Made by a program: the position numbers and the translations under genes. This document shows, in pieces, positions 13,001-23,772 of a stretch of DNA of 64,000 bases. Position 1 is the stretch's first letter, and each line of letters opens with the position of its first letter. This stretch comes from Phoronis australis (Eukaryota; Animalia; Phoronida): contig NMRA01000334.1 in NCBI GenBank assembly GCA_002633005.1, positions 1-64,000 of the forward strand. Reading direction: 5' to 3'. The notes beneath the pieces were generated by a model. That model searched no databases. It was not told where the DNA came from and saw only the letters and a program-made list of their open reading frames with translations.

Positions 13001-13832
13001 AATCGTCGGAAAATCATCGTCAACCGTTCTCTTCATAGTAAGCACATACATGCCAATTTTCCCAATCATCCTTTGAGCGGTTTGGTTGATAGAGGAGTGG
13101 ACGCAAAAAACAGAACCAATAACAGTAAAAATGGCCACTAGGTGGCGCAAACTACATCGAATCCATCCGAAAACAGGAGGATAGCGTCACCTCACTAATA
13201 GATGCCTACATATTGAATTTCATGAGAATCCGTTCAGGACTTTTGAAGATACAAAGGTAAACGTATAAAACTAAAATTGCCACTAGGGGGCACACCGGTA
13301 GTCGGATCTGTCCAAAAGTTCGCTCATGCCGTCCCATTCATGAATGGAATACATGTGCCAAATTTCATGAACGTACGTCAAAGGGTTTTGGAGATAGAGC
13401 AGTGGATGCCGGACGGATGTCGACCGGACGGATGTCGCCCGGACGGATGTCGCCTGGACGGATGGACAGACAGACGGAGATGACAGCATAATGCGTCCAC
13501 ATATAATATGTGGGCGCATAAAAATGTAGCAGTGACTCAATGAAGTAGATAATTTTACACACATCAACTGTGATGCCAACCCCTTCTCAAAATCTATGAG
13601 CAGATGCAATTATCACAATGAGACAACAGACTGCGAAATCCAAAATTTCAACTAGGAAAAAACACGACAACTGACAATAAAGTGCAGCACTCCGAACCAA
13701 CAGCATAACTGGGAACTCATTGAAGAGAATATTTTTGGGTCCGGACACTGAGTTGTTTCTCTACCCTCACTTCCCCTCACTTGATGTTTCTGCCCCAGAC
13801 ACTGATGACCTCCGCTTGGTTCCAGCCGGCAT
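888..13832 (-). CDS. FANCD2: Fanconi anemia group D2 protein, 5' part (11 coding exons, ~406 aa; gene continues beyond position 1)
   Basis: Hand-spliced GT-AG exons join in one open frame: 13781-13832, 11320-11421, 9244-9311, 8147-8247, 7672-7788, 5607-5819, 4877-4964, 3342-3446, 2533-2630, 1511-1610, 888-1061. Peptides such as SLLRLLLGIDCLQ, NLPRLILNQLRWLD, EDLPVVVKFLL, AMADAWIK and LIRNKIRAG are colinear with the human FANCD2 N-terminus as I recall it (SLIKLLLGIDILQ, NIPRLIVSQLKWLD, EDLPVIIKFIL, TISEAWIK, VLRNKIRSG). Confidence 0.96.
1511..1610 (-). CDS. FANCD2: FANCD2 coding exon 10 (QSATRNRSTECLVVDAIHAAVRFHKAMADAWIK)
   Basis: tttcctag acceptor, gtatct donor; resembles human DVIKSAIRYEKTISEAWIK. 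Confidence 0.93.
2533..2630 (-). CDS. FANCD2: FANCD2 coding exon 9 (VVQELRSRLEFHHISLPPISSSTPSGAKKSKG)
   Basis: ctgcag acceptor, gtatgt donor; resembles human VISELREKLDL. Confidence 0.9.
3342..3446 (-). CDS. FANCD2: FANCD2 coding exon 8 (VRASVMQSLASFDVEDLPVVVKFLLQTASTNDYFE)
   Basis: 105 nt, tttcag acceptor, gttagt donor, phase 0-0. Confidence 0.94.
3498..4038 (+). mobile_element. Solo LTR (probably Gypsy-type) in a FANCD2 intron, antisense to the gene
   Basis: TGTC...GACA termini, TATAAATA at 3641-3648, AATAAA at 3932-3937, ~540 bp; TSD only partial (tcat/ccac). Confidence 0.65.
4877..4964 (-). CDS. FANCD2: FANCD2 coding exon 7 (DLLSHNTQLTVVVLDALSNLCLKPELLTE)
   Basis: 88 nt, tttgcag acceptor, gtgaag donor; resembles human [20 protein letters not shown]. 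Confidence 0.94.
5607..5819 (-). CDS. FANCD2: FANCD2 coding exon 6 (IIPGHPDRVNLPRLILNQLRWLDHIVD...VSQELR)
   Basis: tctcatcag acceptor, phase 2-2; strong similarity to the human PRLIVSQLKWLD...LPEILGD segment; overlaps ORF 5507..5764. Confidence 0.94.
6512..6588 (-). mobile_element. tRNA-derived SINE head relic
   Basis: Minus strand has A-box-like TGGCCTACTGG and B-box-like GGTTGGAGTCC at tRNA-like spacing, but no intact cloverleaf. Confidence 0.4.
6651..7633 (+). mobile_element. Penelope-like retroelement relic (RT C-terminus plus GIY-YIG endonuclease) with an inverted copy of its 3' end
   Basis: Frameshifted peptides PYVKGLS...HKPFNSLRSQLVNVKDK...VVYGVQCKD..CSDTYIGE...H...GHDF..DDVTILDCEEDWFRRGVKEALH...PSLNK (ORFs 7017, 7253); 6651-~6985 is the reverse complement of ~7318-7633. 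Confidence 0.9.
7672..7788 (-). CDS. FANCD2: FANCD2 coding exon 5 (ARSGSQDSLLRLLLGIDCLQLPLSSLVLEKIAELDTSE)
   Basis: ttttgtag acceptor, gtaagt donor, phase 2-2. Confidence 0.93.
8147..8247 (-). CDS. FANCD2: FANCD2 coding exon 4 (TVDEYMDGFGIYIEDPLMLYWSMMPTITSSGCD)
   Basis: tttctcag acceptor, gtcagt donor; resembles human IIEEFVSGLESYIED. Confidence 0.9.
9244..9311 (-). CDS. FANCD2: FANCD2 coding exon 3 (VDQTAFQRSLLLSIKKAGDTQK)
   Basis: 68 nt, tttcaag acceptor, gtttgg donor; resembles human VDQIAFQKKL. Confidence 0.9.
10826..11230. mobile_element. MITE with ~40-bp imperfect terminal inverted repeats
   Basis: agccaacaagggaaaatcaataattggtcggacttcaaaac vs reverse complement of gttttgaagtccggccaattgttgattctcctttggcta; internal ggccgg-type repeats. 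Confidence 0.7.
11320..11421 (-). CDS. FANCD2: FANCD2 coding exon 2 (KKSKQSEQYISLFGRLTKEAGLILSVKDVPHEL)
   Basis: ttttag acceptor, gtatgg donor, phase 1-1; resembles human SIFVKLLKISGIILK. Confidence 0.88.
12228..13524 (-). mobile_element. Helentron-type non-autonomous element with internal tandem repeats
   Basis: T-rich end, hairpin, (GTCC)n-like microsatellite, internal repeats with gccactag cores, subterminal inverted repeat atgcgcccac at both ends. Confidence 0.75.
13781..13832 (-). CDS. FANCD2: FANCD2 first coding exon (MPAGTKRRSSVSGAETS); exon starts at 13865 after a tttcag acceptor
   Basis: aagATG context, basic KRR N-terminus like human MVSKRR, phase-1 donor A|gtgagg that fits the next exon. 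Confidence 0.75.
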
Positions 13833-14004
13833 CTTGGAAGGCTCTCAATATTTATCACCGCCTAGCTGAAAATGACAAAGATTTTGATTAATAACGGCAC
13901 ACAAAAAAAATGATGAAAGTTTAGGATTTTTGTCACCAGGGGCAACATCCCCATGTTCCTAGAATCATTGATAGATGACAGTTGCAAATGAGGGATGGCA
14001 CAAA

Positions 14005-14975
14005 CAATAATGATTGGGGGAAGAGAATTAGTAGGAAATGCTGCAAGTGATTGGAGGGGGGTGGCTTGCACGTAAAGTAAAACGCACGCAAGATGACGTC
14101 AGCCCAGATTAGGTAGGCCTAATCGACTTTCGTCCGAGCAGCCAACCTTGCTAGTGAGTAGTGTCCCAGGGACTTCAGCTATGGTTGCGATCAAACAACT
14201 CTTCTTCCTAATTCCTTCTTGCTTGTGGTATTCAATGGGAAGCTGGGTTCCGACGATCGTGAGACAAAATATTCTGGATAATTTTTTGGAAAGACCAGCA
14301 AAATACTACAGAATAATTTCAAATACGCGCCACTTGCCCCGACATGTTTTGCTTAAATCTAACGCCACGGTCATAAGAATTGAATACCTGTTCTTTCATA
14401 CCTTATGCTTAAACTGTGTTACATAAAACAATAAAAAATGCATATATTACGAAGTCTTAAGATATACCGTTCAGTATAATTGTTTTAATTACAAAAGAGA
14501 AAAAATACGAGCAGTTGAGCTACAGCCACGAAACAGGAAGCCCGCAAACTGCAAAAGAGCGGTCGGGTATAAACGGACGCAACCTGTTGAGGTAAGCGAG
14601 ATTTGTTGTTGTTTTAGTTTGGTATGTTGCTGCTACGTGTAGAAACTCAAAAAGGTATCAGTACCAAGAATAGTGCTAAACAAATTATCCTCTGTGAACC
14701 TTTTGCCTCTATAATATTAGAAAAAACAGTTGTACGATAGGTATACCGACGATAACCGCTGCCCTGGCTCAGACCCGTACTCGTAGTCGCACACTGGCAT
14801 TATTTGAAGCAACGACGTAAACATTTTTTGCTTTCCAGTGTTCAGTCAGTTCATACTCAAGTGAACTCTCACTCAATTCAACTACATTTTGGTTTAATTT
14901 TATTCTCTATTTCATTTCCTTTTTATCAACGGAGAACCTGTTTACTTTTAAGTGCTAATTAAATCGTAGGTATGG
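14005..14975. promoter_or_regulatory. Probable bidirectional promoter region for FANCD2 (-) and the PRRT-family gene (+)
   Basis: Locally CpG-richer. ATTGG boxes near 14012 and 14050; TGACGTCA at 14094-14101; minus-strand GTGGCG-N4-TTTGAA (CDE/CHR-type) at 14318-14333; TTTGCGGG (E2F-like) near 14541-14548; plus-strand donors gag|gtaagc (~14592) and tag|gtatgg (14970). Confidence 0.6.
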
Positions 14976-17350
14976 TACTTTTTGGTAGTACCGTAGTAGC
15001 TAGGCAACACTTAGCCCCTCGGTTGGCTGGTTAGGGGCTACAGTACTTCCCATCGCTTTCTGCATTAATTTCGTCCTGTGTAGTTTAAATGGCAATAGGC
15101 AAAATCCGCTCACCGATTAAGAATTTTCAAAATACATTCTACACTTAAGAGTTATAGATCACTTAAAAAGCGCTTTCTTTCTTCAGTGATCCTTTCTGCT
15201 TCTACAAATATCTTTGATGAAGCATAGTTAGGAATATTAAGGTAAATTTGGCGAAGAATTCCAACTCCACTTTTTGGTCACCGTTGACTTTTTCACCGCG
15301 TGCACGATAAGCACAAAGTATTTCAACTGAGTCACGTGAGTTCTAGGCAAAAGCTATAGTGCGAGACTGCATGAGCGAAGCGCGTGACCTGGCACGTGAC
15401 ACTTGCAAAATAGCATGGGAAGATATCAGGTGCAATTTGTTAGATTTGAGTCTCAATGGACTTTTTGTTGGTCAACAGCTACATGTGATTTCACATTTAA
15501 CTTCCTCAAAATGGCACTGGGTGATAGAAACTCGAGTGAACTGCAACAGATTTTCATGGATATGTTCGAGTTATGCTGACTAAATTGTATCCAGAGTCAT
15601 GGAATGTTTAATTATAACTCTATGTGGATATATGCATGTTTCATAATTTGATTTTATTTGCGGTATTTTGAAATTCATGAGTAACTTTTTATGGGGATTT
15701 ACTATCGCCCCTGTATGCCTGCGGCATTCAACACGATGCAGTTGCCTAGGTAGTAGCCTATGCCTAACAGAGGGATATTCCTGGACTGCGCCATTAGCGC
15801 ATAAGAAAATAAGACACGCTGAAATACATTGCAGCAATGCGCTCCTTGGACGCATCTTTTGAAACGCAAATAGCACTATTCGAAAAATGCAAGATTCTAG
15901 TCAACTTACAGCCAGTCGGGTAAAAATGACCCTGTTCTTGTTTAGATTTCCCTTGGGGTTTCTGTTTCATATGTTACCACTTTAATTACGCTAAGTCTGT
16001 TGGGTGCAACTTTTTTAAAAAGGCATACTTTTTATCATCAGGTGTGCCTAAAAAGCACAGGTTCAAACCTTGTCAGGAATAACCTTGTAAACATAGAAAT
16101 TCCGAATACTTTTTGCAAGTGGTATACCGTAATAAAGATATTTTTTGTGCTTTCAAATGGTCACGTGAGAGTCTTAAGAGAAAATGAATCAAGAGCCAAG
16201 AGGGTGATAATACAGGCGATGTAATCTACTAGTTCTCACTTTGTCAATTGTTGAATACCACCAGTAAAATATCTGCATTAAAAATTGAACTGAACTATAT
16301 TTTAAAAAGAAAAAGACTGAAGCGTCAGTCGTGAAATAAACAAATGACGCATACAATTTCCACAATAACACTGTGTGACTCTTGACTCATGAAAGTATAG
16401 GCCTACCAGTGGTTTTGGTACTCCATGCTTGTAACTGACTTAATAAGTAAATGCCTTCAGCTCATTTAAGGCTACAGTTTCTATTTGTGGTACTTTAAAG
16501 GTGAAACAAGCTTTCTTCTGAGTACATACTTTGTACAGCTTACCCATCAAAAACTCATTTTGGCAAACATACAACTTTTTGGAGGTGTGAGAGAATATGG
16601 GAACGTCGTGCTTGGCTCAGTTTCAAATAATGGTGTGTTAAATTGGTGGAGTTGACAAAAACTATACACTGACATTTTGTGTCGGACGTTCTTGCATAAA
16701 TCATGTGAATACCTCGCAGTACCACAGTGGCAATTTGACGGCATTATGATTGCAAAAAATATTTTAAGATACACAATAGTCATTTATAGGGGTCCCTGAT
16801 TTTGCAAACCAGCTTGATGCATGTTCAGCAATGTGAAGTGGCTGTTGCAAAAGAATTTGTAAACTCTTGTGCCTTATCAAATCTTAAGAAATAATGAGTG
16901 ATTACAGATGGCACTGGTCTTTGATCGCCATGTACTCTATCACTATCATCAAATCATTGGAAAATGGTTAATGATATAGTTTGAAAAAGAGTAATTCATT
17001 GCCTTACCAGGTCCCCACTGGCTTTCGTGGTCAATACTGCAATCACCAATGTATTTTCAACAGGACCACAGTACAAGAAAAAAAGTTATCAGACAAAATA
17101 CCATTTTCCCACCAGTCTTGACTGCTTGTTCTATTTACAGCAAAAATTATTGGTAATAACTATTGGGGCAGCAAAATTCTAATTACAGATAAGCTTAGCA
17201 ATTTTACTGATTTTCCTGTTACCTCCGCCTTCATTTTCAGTCGTTAGGGGAGACTACTCTGGCAATGAATTTGTCTTATAACACGGAATTCTGGGTTATT
17301 TTGTCCGAATACATTTGGCTTGTACTGCACTTCTCATTTCGTTCTCCCTA

Positions 17351-17490
17351 TGTACAGGTTGTAAGTCATGTGTACTGGTTGTAAGTCACGTGTACAGGTT
17401 GTAAGTCATGTGTACAGGTTGTAAGTCATGTGTACAGGTTGTAAGTCATGTGTACTGGTTGTAAGTCATGTGTACAGGTTGTAAGTCATG
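17351..17490. repeat. Minisatellite, 7 x 20 bp (tgtac(a/t)ggttgtaagtca(t/c)g)
   Basis: Seven adjacent, nearly identical units visible directly. Confidence 0.97.
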
Positions 17491-19407
17491 GTTACGAAAT
17501 CTTTTGCTGGGTGTCATTGTGAAATGGATTCTTACCTCTAGAGAATTTTGCAATTGGCGTCTTGAATTTCATGCAATTTTTTATTCTTTTCCTAGTGGAA
17601 TGCTGTCGTTATTTGGCCCAGAACTTTAGCATGGAGGTGCCCTGACGTGATAAATGGCTGTAGCTGATTCCTACATGAATACACGTTTTTAGCTTCAGCT
17701 TGCTGTGCCCTCAATGCCTGGATTTTGTGGTAAAATATTGACCCATTTTCCGATGAAATACTTTAAAATCATATAAAATTTCTGTCATCAGGTCCAAAAA
17801 TTCCTCTACAATGATTGAAAATTGTAGCCAAGGTTAGAGTCACGTTGGCGCAATATTGTGGTTAGAAATTCTCCAGTTTGCGACTGTCTTTAGAATTTGG
17901 AACATCTCAGTATTGCTTATTTCTAGAATTTGTGACAAGCTACGACCTCAACCAAAATAATTAATTTTTCAGTGTCCAAATTGGAGAATGTTTACCGTAG
18001 TTTTGGCTCTGATGCATTGGCAGTGAGGGATGACGACTTAGGATTGGGATGGAATTGGAAGTGCTAGGTGATAGAATCTTCTCCTCGACTCAAATTAGGA
18101 TGCAGTTGCAAGTCATTTTTGAAAAATAATGCAGGGGGTCTGAATTGCTCTAAACCTGAGATAAGCAGTTAGGTTAGAGGTGCTTGTGTAATTCATCAGC
18201 TCATAAAGTACCAGCAGGAATTTTAATGAGCCAATGGTACAAGGGAGTTGCATAAACCCAGTGACTGACCAATATTCACCCCTTTTCCCAGATTGAAGCA
18301 TGGATTTGAACCTACAAGAGGTTCTGTGATTTTTCAATAGTACACATAATGGCGAAGTAGTGAAATTCCATTTTCCTTAATTTTTCAATAAGAATAAGGC
18401 TTAGAAAATTTTAGTTTATGGATGACACTTGGTGAAGTTTTCACAATTTGCAACATGGTATATTCAGTCTTTGCTTGAAAAATGATAATTTAAGCAATTA
18501 TTTTTGGGCGAAATGAATGAGGAATTAGCATGCGTGACATATTCCAACAAAATCACTAGGAGATATTGCATAGACTTGCTTTACATTTTTTACCTTAGCG
18601 AACCTGCAAACTTCAGCAAGCTGAACCCTGCTACAAGTGTGAAGGGACATCTTGTTTATTACTCTTTTAGGCACAGGAAGCATGTGGTATCCTATGTAAT
18701 ATGCCAGACTGTGGTACTACTAGGTTCACTTGAGTAGCAAAATCACTACGGTAACAGTTTCTCTGGTTAAAATGCAAGCGAAAGATGCCAGGGTTTTAGT
18801 CATACACAAGCTTTCCATGTATGGGGTCCATTTTCACCAATAGCAATGATAACCAAAGGCCTCGTCTGCGCCTCTGTGTCCAGTAAGTGTTCTGTCTACA
18901 AAGTGAGTAATAGTCAGATGTAACATGCCAACATTTTGAGAACCAATTATCTCCGCTGACTTCACTACTTGCACACTTCAGGTGACACTGCAAGAGATGA
19001 TTGTCGTGCATTGTTGTTTAGGACACAATGCGTCGTTTTAGCGTAAATTTCAACAACCCAAATGTGAAAGCATGCGTGTTCCTAACATGCAGGATCATTG
19101 TAGTTTGGACACAACACCTCCTTTTTCAATTATAATTGCGAATTCATGCAAGTAGCGAATAACGGGCATCAAACTGGTTCTCTAAATGTATGAGGACGCC
19201 CATGGAAAGCAGTGTGAACTAACGTAGCTACCCTCATTGTAAATACTACATCAATAAACAATAATAAATAATAAATTTTGGTCTTACTCAGACTGACTTA
19301 AAAAATAACACTTGTAACTGATCACATGGCCGGTGTTTTTGTTATTAACTACAGTGTTAGCGAAAAATCCTAGTTTACTGTAAACCAGTTTGTGAAGGAG
19401 TTACATA

Positions 19408-21230
19408 CCATAAACGTTTGGATTAACACCCATGCTCAGTTAACCGCCCACCACCTACCTTAGGTGGATTTTCGATTTAACCGCTCACTGCTCGGTTAAC
19501 CGCCCCTCTGCGATTTTTGAAGATTTCCAGTTAAGTGCCCACCTCTCGGTTAAGCGCCCATCCCCGACTTTTTAAGATTGAAAATTTAGCGCCCAGTGTT
19601 AGGAAATGCGCGATTCCCGACTTTTAGATACAGATGATGATCACAACGAGCGCAACGATGCTGGGCCTTCGGGACGGCAGTTTGGCAACATGAATTACAA
19701 TGCAAGTAACGAATTATTGTCCCGGGTCATGGACTTACTTCAGAATATAATACTTGAACGTTTTTATCATTTTATTTTCTTCCCATGTTTGCAAAGTTTA
19801 AATACCCCGCCGGCGTCAATACCAGTCCGCTTTGAGCGACGCTGTCTGCCGCGCTGAGTTTCTGTCTGCAGTGCACTAGATAAAACATATATTCGAAATA
19901 ATCAGGCCAGAGAAATGTGACAAGGGTTTTGCCAACCCTCCAAATTCTTTTTAGGTGGGAAGCTCTCGTATTTTGAAGAATTAATTCCTATAACTCACGG
20001 AAAGTTGTTAAATTCTCCTTATTTTGACAAATGTTATTATCAGGTTATCGAGGATGTGTGGCGACCAAAGGGACAGTGCGCCTCACTGGGTTACCAATTT
20101 GCTGCCTCTCGATTTCTGAGTTCAAAGGTTAGCAATATCGTACTGTCTGTTTGTGTATCATCTTGAAGTAATAAAAAAACTTCTAGTCAATTTTTTTTTC
20201 GCTTATTGCATCTCAGTCAAACTGGCGTTAGCAGATTTAACTAATGTTGCTAGCTGTTCTTTGGCTATAATTGTTTGTGAATTATCACTTATATATTCCC
20301 TTTTTAGCCATCCAGAATAATTTTGTTTCTACCTTGGCCAGTTTCAGCCCAACCAAAATTCTTACTATTTTAGCCTAAATAAATAATAATTTGTTTTCCA
20401 CCACAAAGTTGGGTAAGGTTTTCGTTTAAGAATGAATTGAAACATCGCTGTTTTGTGACGTTTTATAACATATTTATGCTGTGGTTAGAACTTTTCTTCT
20501 TGATTGACGACTGGCTCATGTCCGCTTACCCCCCCTTACTTTTTTGCCGAGCATGTTTCGCGCAACGGAAAGTGAAAATGTTATTGAGTCACAGAGTGTC
20601 AACTATAAACATCTCAAACACAAAAAACACCTGAATTAGTTTTTCAAACTTTATTACAACTAATTTTAAAACTGCTTCTGACTCAGAACTTTAAAGCTAG
20701 CACGTAACCTTGATGTCAGCTGTGACCTCTGCAACACGTGACGCCTGCACACGCGCACTTTTGCAGTGTCACTGCTTGCAATACAAGTGGAGAGCTGCGT
20801 GGTCACTGGTTGTCTGTGCATTAGGTCCTACAGTTCTAACAAACTAACAAGACCACAGGATGGCACGGGTCTATTACTCAGCAATTTTTTTAATTTAATT
20901 GTGAATGAGTAATCTGAGGGCAACGGAATCTTTGTTGGGATCATCCACTGTTATGAAGTTTTTACCGTCATTTGGCGACGTGACGATAAAGCTCTTGGAA
21001 AAGTGCTACGCGTTCCAAGTACGTGTGTCGTGTGGGGACTTAGATAACGAGGTAAGATTAACGGCCCAGGGTGGTTGTCTGTCGTATTAAGCGCCCATGT
21101 TCGGTTTACTGCCCACTCGCGATTTCTTGAAATTTCACGTTTAAGTGCCCATGTCTGGTTAACCGCCCGACCCCCAATTTTTTGGGTTTGCCAATTTAAC
21201 CACCCAGGGTGTTAACCCGAACGTTTATGG
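19408..21230. mobile_element. Non-autonomous TA-TSD DNA transposon (Tc1/mariner-pogo-like), 1.8 kb
   Basis: TA|ccataaacgtttggattaacaccc ... gggtgttaacccgaacgtttatgg|TA; multiple subterminal ttaa(c/g)cgccc repeats at both ends. Confidence 0.85.
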
Positions 21231-22224
21231 TAAGTCTTTCCAATCTTAGAATTCATCTCCAGTAGGGGAATGGCAGGTCAACAACCTAACCATTAGTCAT
21301 CTTACAGTTTGCATTTTATGAAATGTGATTTGTTCTAAGTTTTGAAAAGTATTATAAAACATTTTGTCATTTTGTTTTGTTTTGTTTCTGCTTAATATCA
21401 CATTTATTTCCCGACCCCGAGTCTCCATGACGAAAGAAAATGCTTTGAAACTTTTTCCTTTTGGTCCTCGTTCACAATCAGAAGTACAGCAAGTTGTAAA
21501 CCAGTAATGGCTTTTTTACCGGAGTTTGTCTTTTATTTGATATCGAAACTATGGTGTGTTTCATTGCTCTATGAAATATTACGCCTATGAAACATTGATG
21601 ACTTACCGTTTGAATGACGCAGCATTATTTATGAGATGGTAGTTCAGTTCGGAATGTAGTCTTAAGTGCATTTTATTTCCCAAGAGAATGGTTAGTATTA
21701 TGGGACCTTTTGCCAAACGATGATTGTTTATGGCGTCCATTTATAGTGAAATTGCAAATTAAACAATCAGAATTCTCATTTTTCTATTTTAAGGTTATGT
21801 GGGACCTTATGGACAACGCTTTGTATTTAGCCAAATACCTACAAACCTAAAGATTTTAAATACGTAAAAGTACATATTTTCTGAAAGAAAAAGGCCTGTA
21901 GAATTTAATTTTTGACTTTATGGGTGTATGGTTAATTGGGTCATGTCTGGTTTTAGTAAAATTTGCCAAAAAAACAGTATCAGCAGCATGATCAAATTTT
22001 GTTTCATATTTTCTGTTATAGTTTTCAAAAGTATTTCATTTAGTTTTATGCAGCTTTTCCGTGGAAATCAGAGAAGATGTTTTCTTTGATAGTTCCTCAT
22101 GCTACAATCAATTCCAAAGACTATTCTGGAGCATAGTGCATAAACTATGATATCTGAACTTTTTTATAATTGCCACGGATGCTTAAAATTTCACAATATT
22201 GTAGTTCTTCAACAAAAAATCATC

Positions 22225-23213
22225 TTTATATGCACCCACGTATTTATATGTGGACGCATTATGTTGTCATCTCCGTCCGTCTAGCATTTGTCCATCTGGC
22301 GTCCAATTTTGCTCAATCTCCAAAATCTTCTGACGTATGTTTTTGAAATTTTGCATATATGTTCCTTTCATGGATGGGACGGCATAAGCGAACTTTCAGA
22401 CGGATTCGACTACCTGTGTACTCCCTAGTGGCAATTTTATTTTCTCCGTTTTCCTCTATCTTCAAAGGTCTTCAATGTATTTTCATAAAATTTGGCATAA
22501 AAGCATTTATTAGTGAAATGACGCTATTCTTCCATTTGCAGATGGATTCGACATAGTTTGCGCCACTAAATTGCCATTTTAGTGTTTTCTTGTCTGTTTT
22601 TGGCGTCCACCCCTCTATCAACCAAACCGCTCTATGGATGATTGTGAAAATTGGCATTTATGTTTTTACCATGAAGAGGATGGCTGACGATGATTTTCTT
22701 ATGACTTCAACTACTGTGGCTCCTCGTAGTGGCAGTTTTGTTTTTTGCGCCCATTGCTGTATCTCCTAAACCGTTTGCAGGTTCTTTACTAAATTTAGCA
22801 AGTGTATTTATAGGATGTAGAAATTGTTGACACCGACATCTTTCGAACGGATCTGACTACCGGTGTGCCCCCTAATGGAAATTTTATTTTTTTACATTTA
22901 CCTCTATATGTTCAAAGGTCCTTGACGGATTTTCGTAAAATTTTGAATATAGGCATCTATTGGAGAGATGGCGCTATCCTCCCGTTTTCGGATGGAATCG
23001 AGGTAGTGGCCATTTTTGCTGTATTGGACTCTGTTTTTTGGTGAATTAATGCTTTCTATTAAAGAATCAATGTCATGTTCTTGTTTTTGGATGGATTGGA
23101 TGTTTTTGCACCATCTAGTGGCTATTTTTATAGTACAAATAAACAGCCCTGAAAGCAAACCATTTGCGATGCATTCGTGGGTGCATTTCAATGCTCGCGT
23201 TGTTCTTATTTTT
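22225..23213 (+). mobile_element. Helentron-type non-autonomous element, same family as 12228-13524, opposite orientation
   Basis: atgcacccacgtatttatatgtggacgcat hairpin, homologous internal repeats, gtgggtgcat subterminal repeat and small 3' stem-loop before a T-run. Confidence 0.75.
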
Positions 23214-23772
23214 GTAAGAAGTTAAAGTGGAACTTGCCCATTAATTCCTTATCTCTGTGATTGCTTGGTCAAACTAGAAATATGCCATGTATTGATGATG
23301 TGAATATCTCCTACTGTGTCACCGGATCCGTGTTTGTTATGTAAACAGGACTTAAGTTGTCACAAGTGGAGCAAGGTGCACTAGTTTAAATAGCGTCCCT
23401 TCAAGTGGAACGTGCATGCTGATTCCTTATTTCTGTGTTTGCTTGGTCAAATTGGTTAGAAATACAACATATAGCGACGATGTGAAATATTAAGTAGTTA
23501 AAATTTGCCAAATGTTTTCAAGAACAAGTTTGTGTCGAAAATGATCGGCTGTAAATCACTCAACTATGTCCAGTAAGTATCGCCACCACGTGGTGTTGGG
23601 GAATAACACTTCATGATGCGGGCTTTGTGAACCCCCTGGGTACGTTTTTAGTGCAGTGCTCATCTGTTTGCAGCATTTTTTGTTTTCACATTTACAAGTT
23701 ACCAATGAATACAACTACACTTTGTTTAAGCATAAACGATGTTCAAGTAGCATTGTCGTTTAGTTCCTGCTA

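Noticed and set aside
13760-13780. Second gtgagg donor 10 nt downstream for the first FANCD2 coding exon
   Set aside because: It would be phase 2 and break the frame with exon 11320-11421.
17351-17490. CRISPR-like array
   Set aside because: Units are directly adjacent with no unique spacers, there are no cas genes, and the context is eukaryotic.
23225-23490. Diverged ~85-bp direct duplication (also 49548-49820, and a dispersed pair 4039-4135 / 15977-16085)
   Set aside because: Real but ordinary local duplications or repeat fragments with no functional signal.
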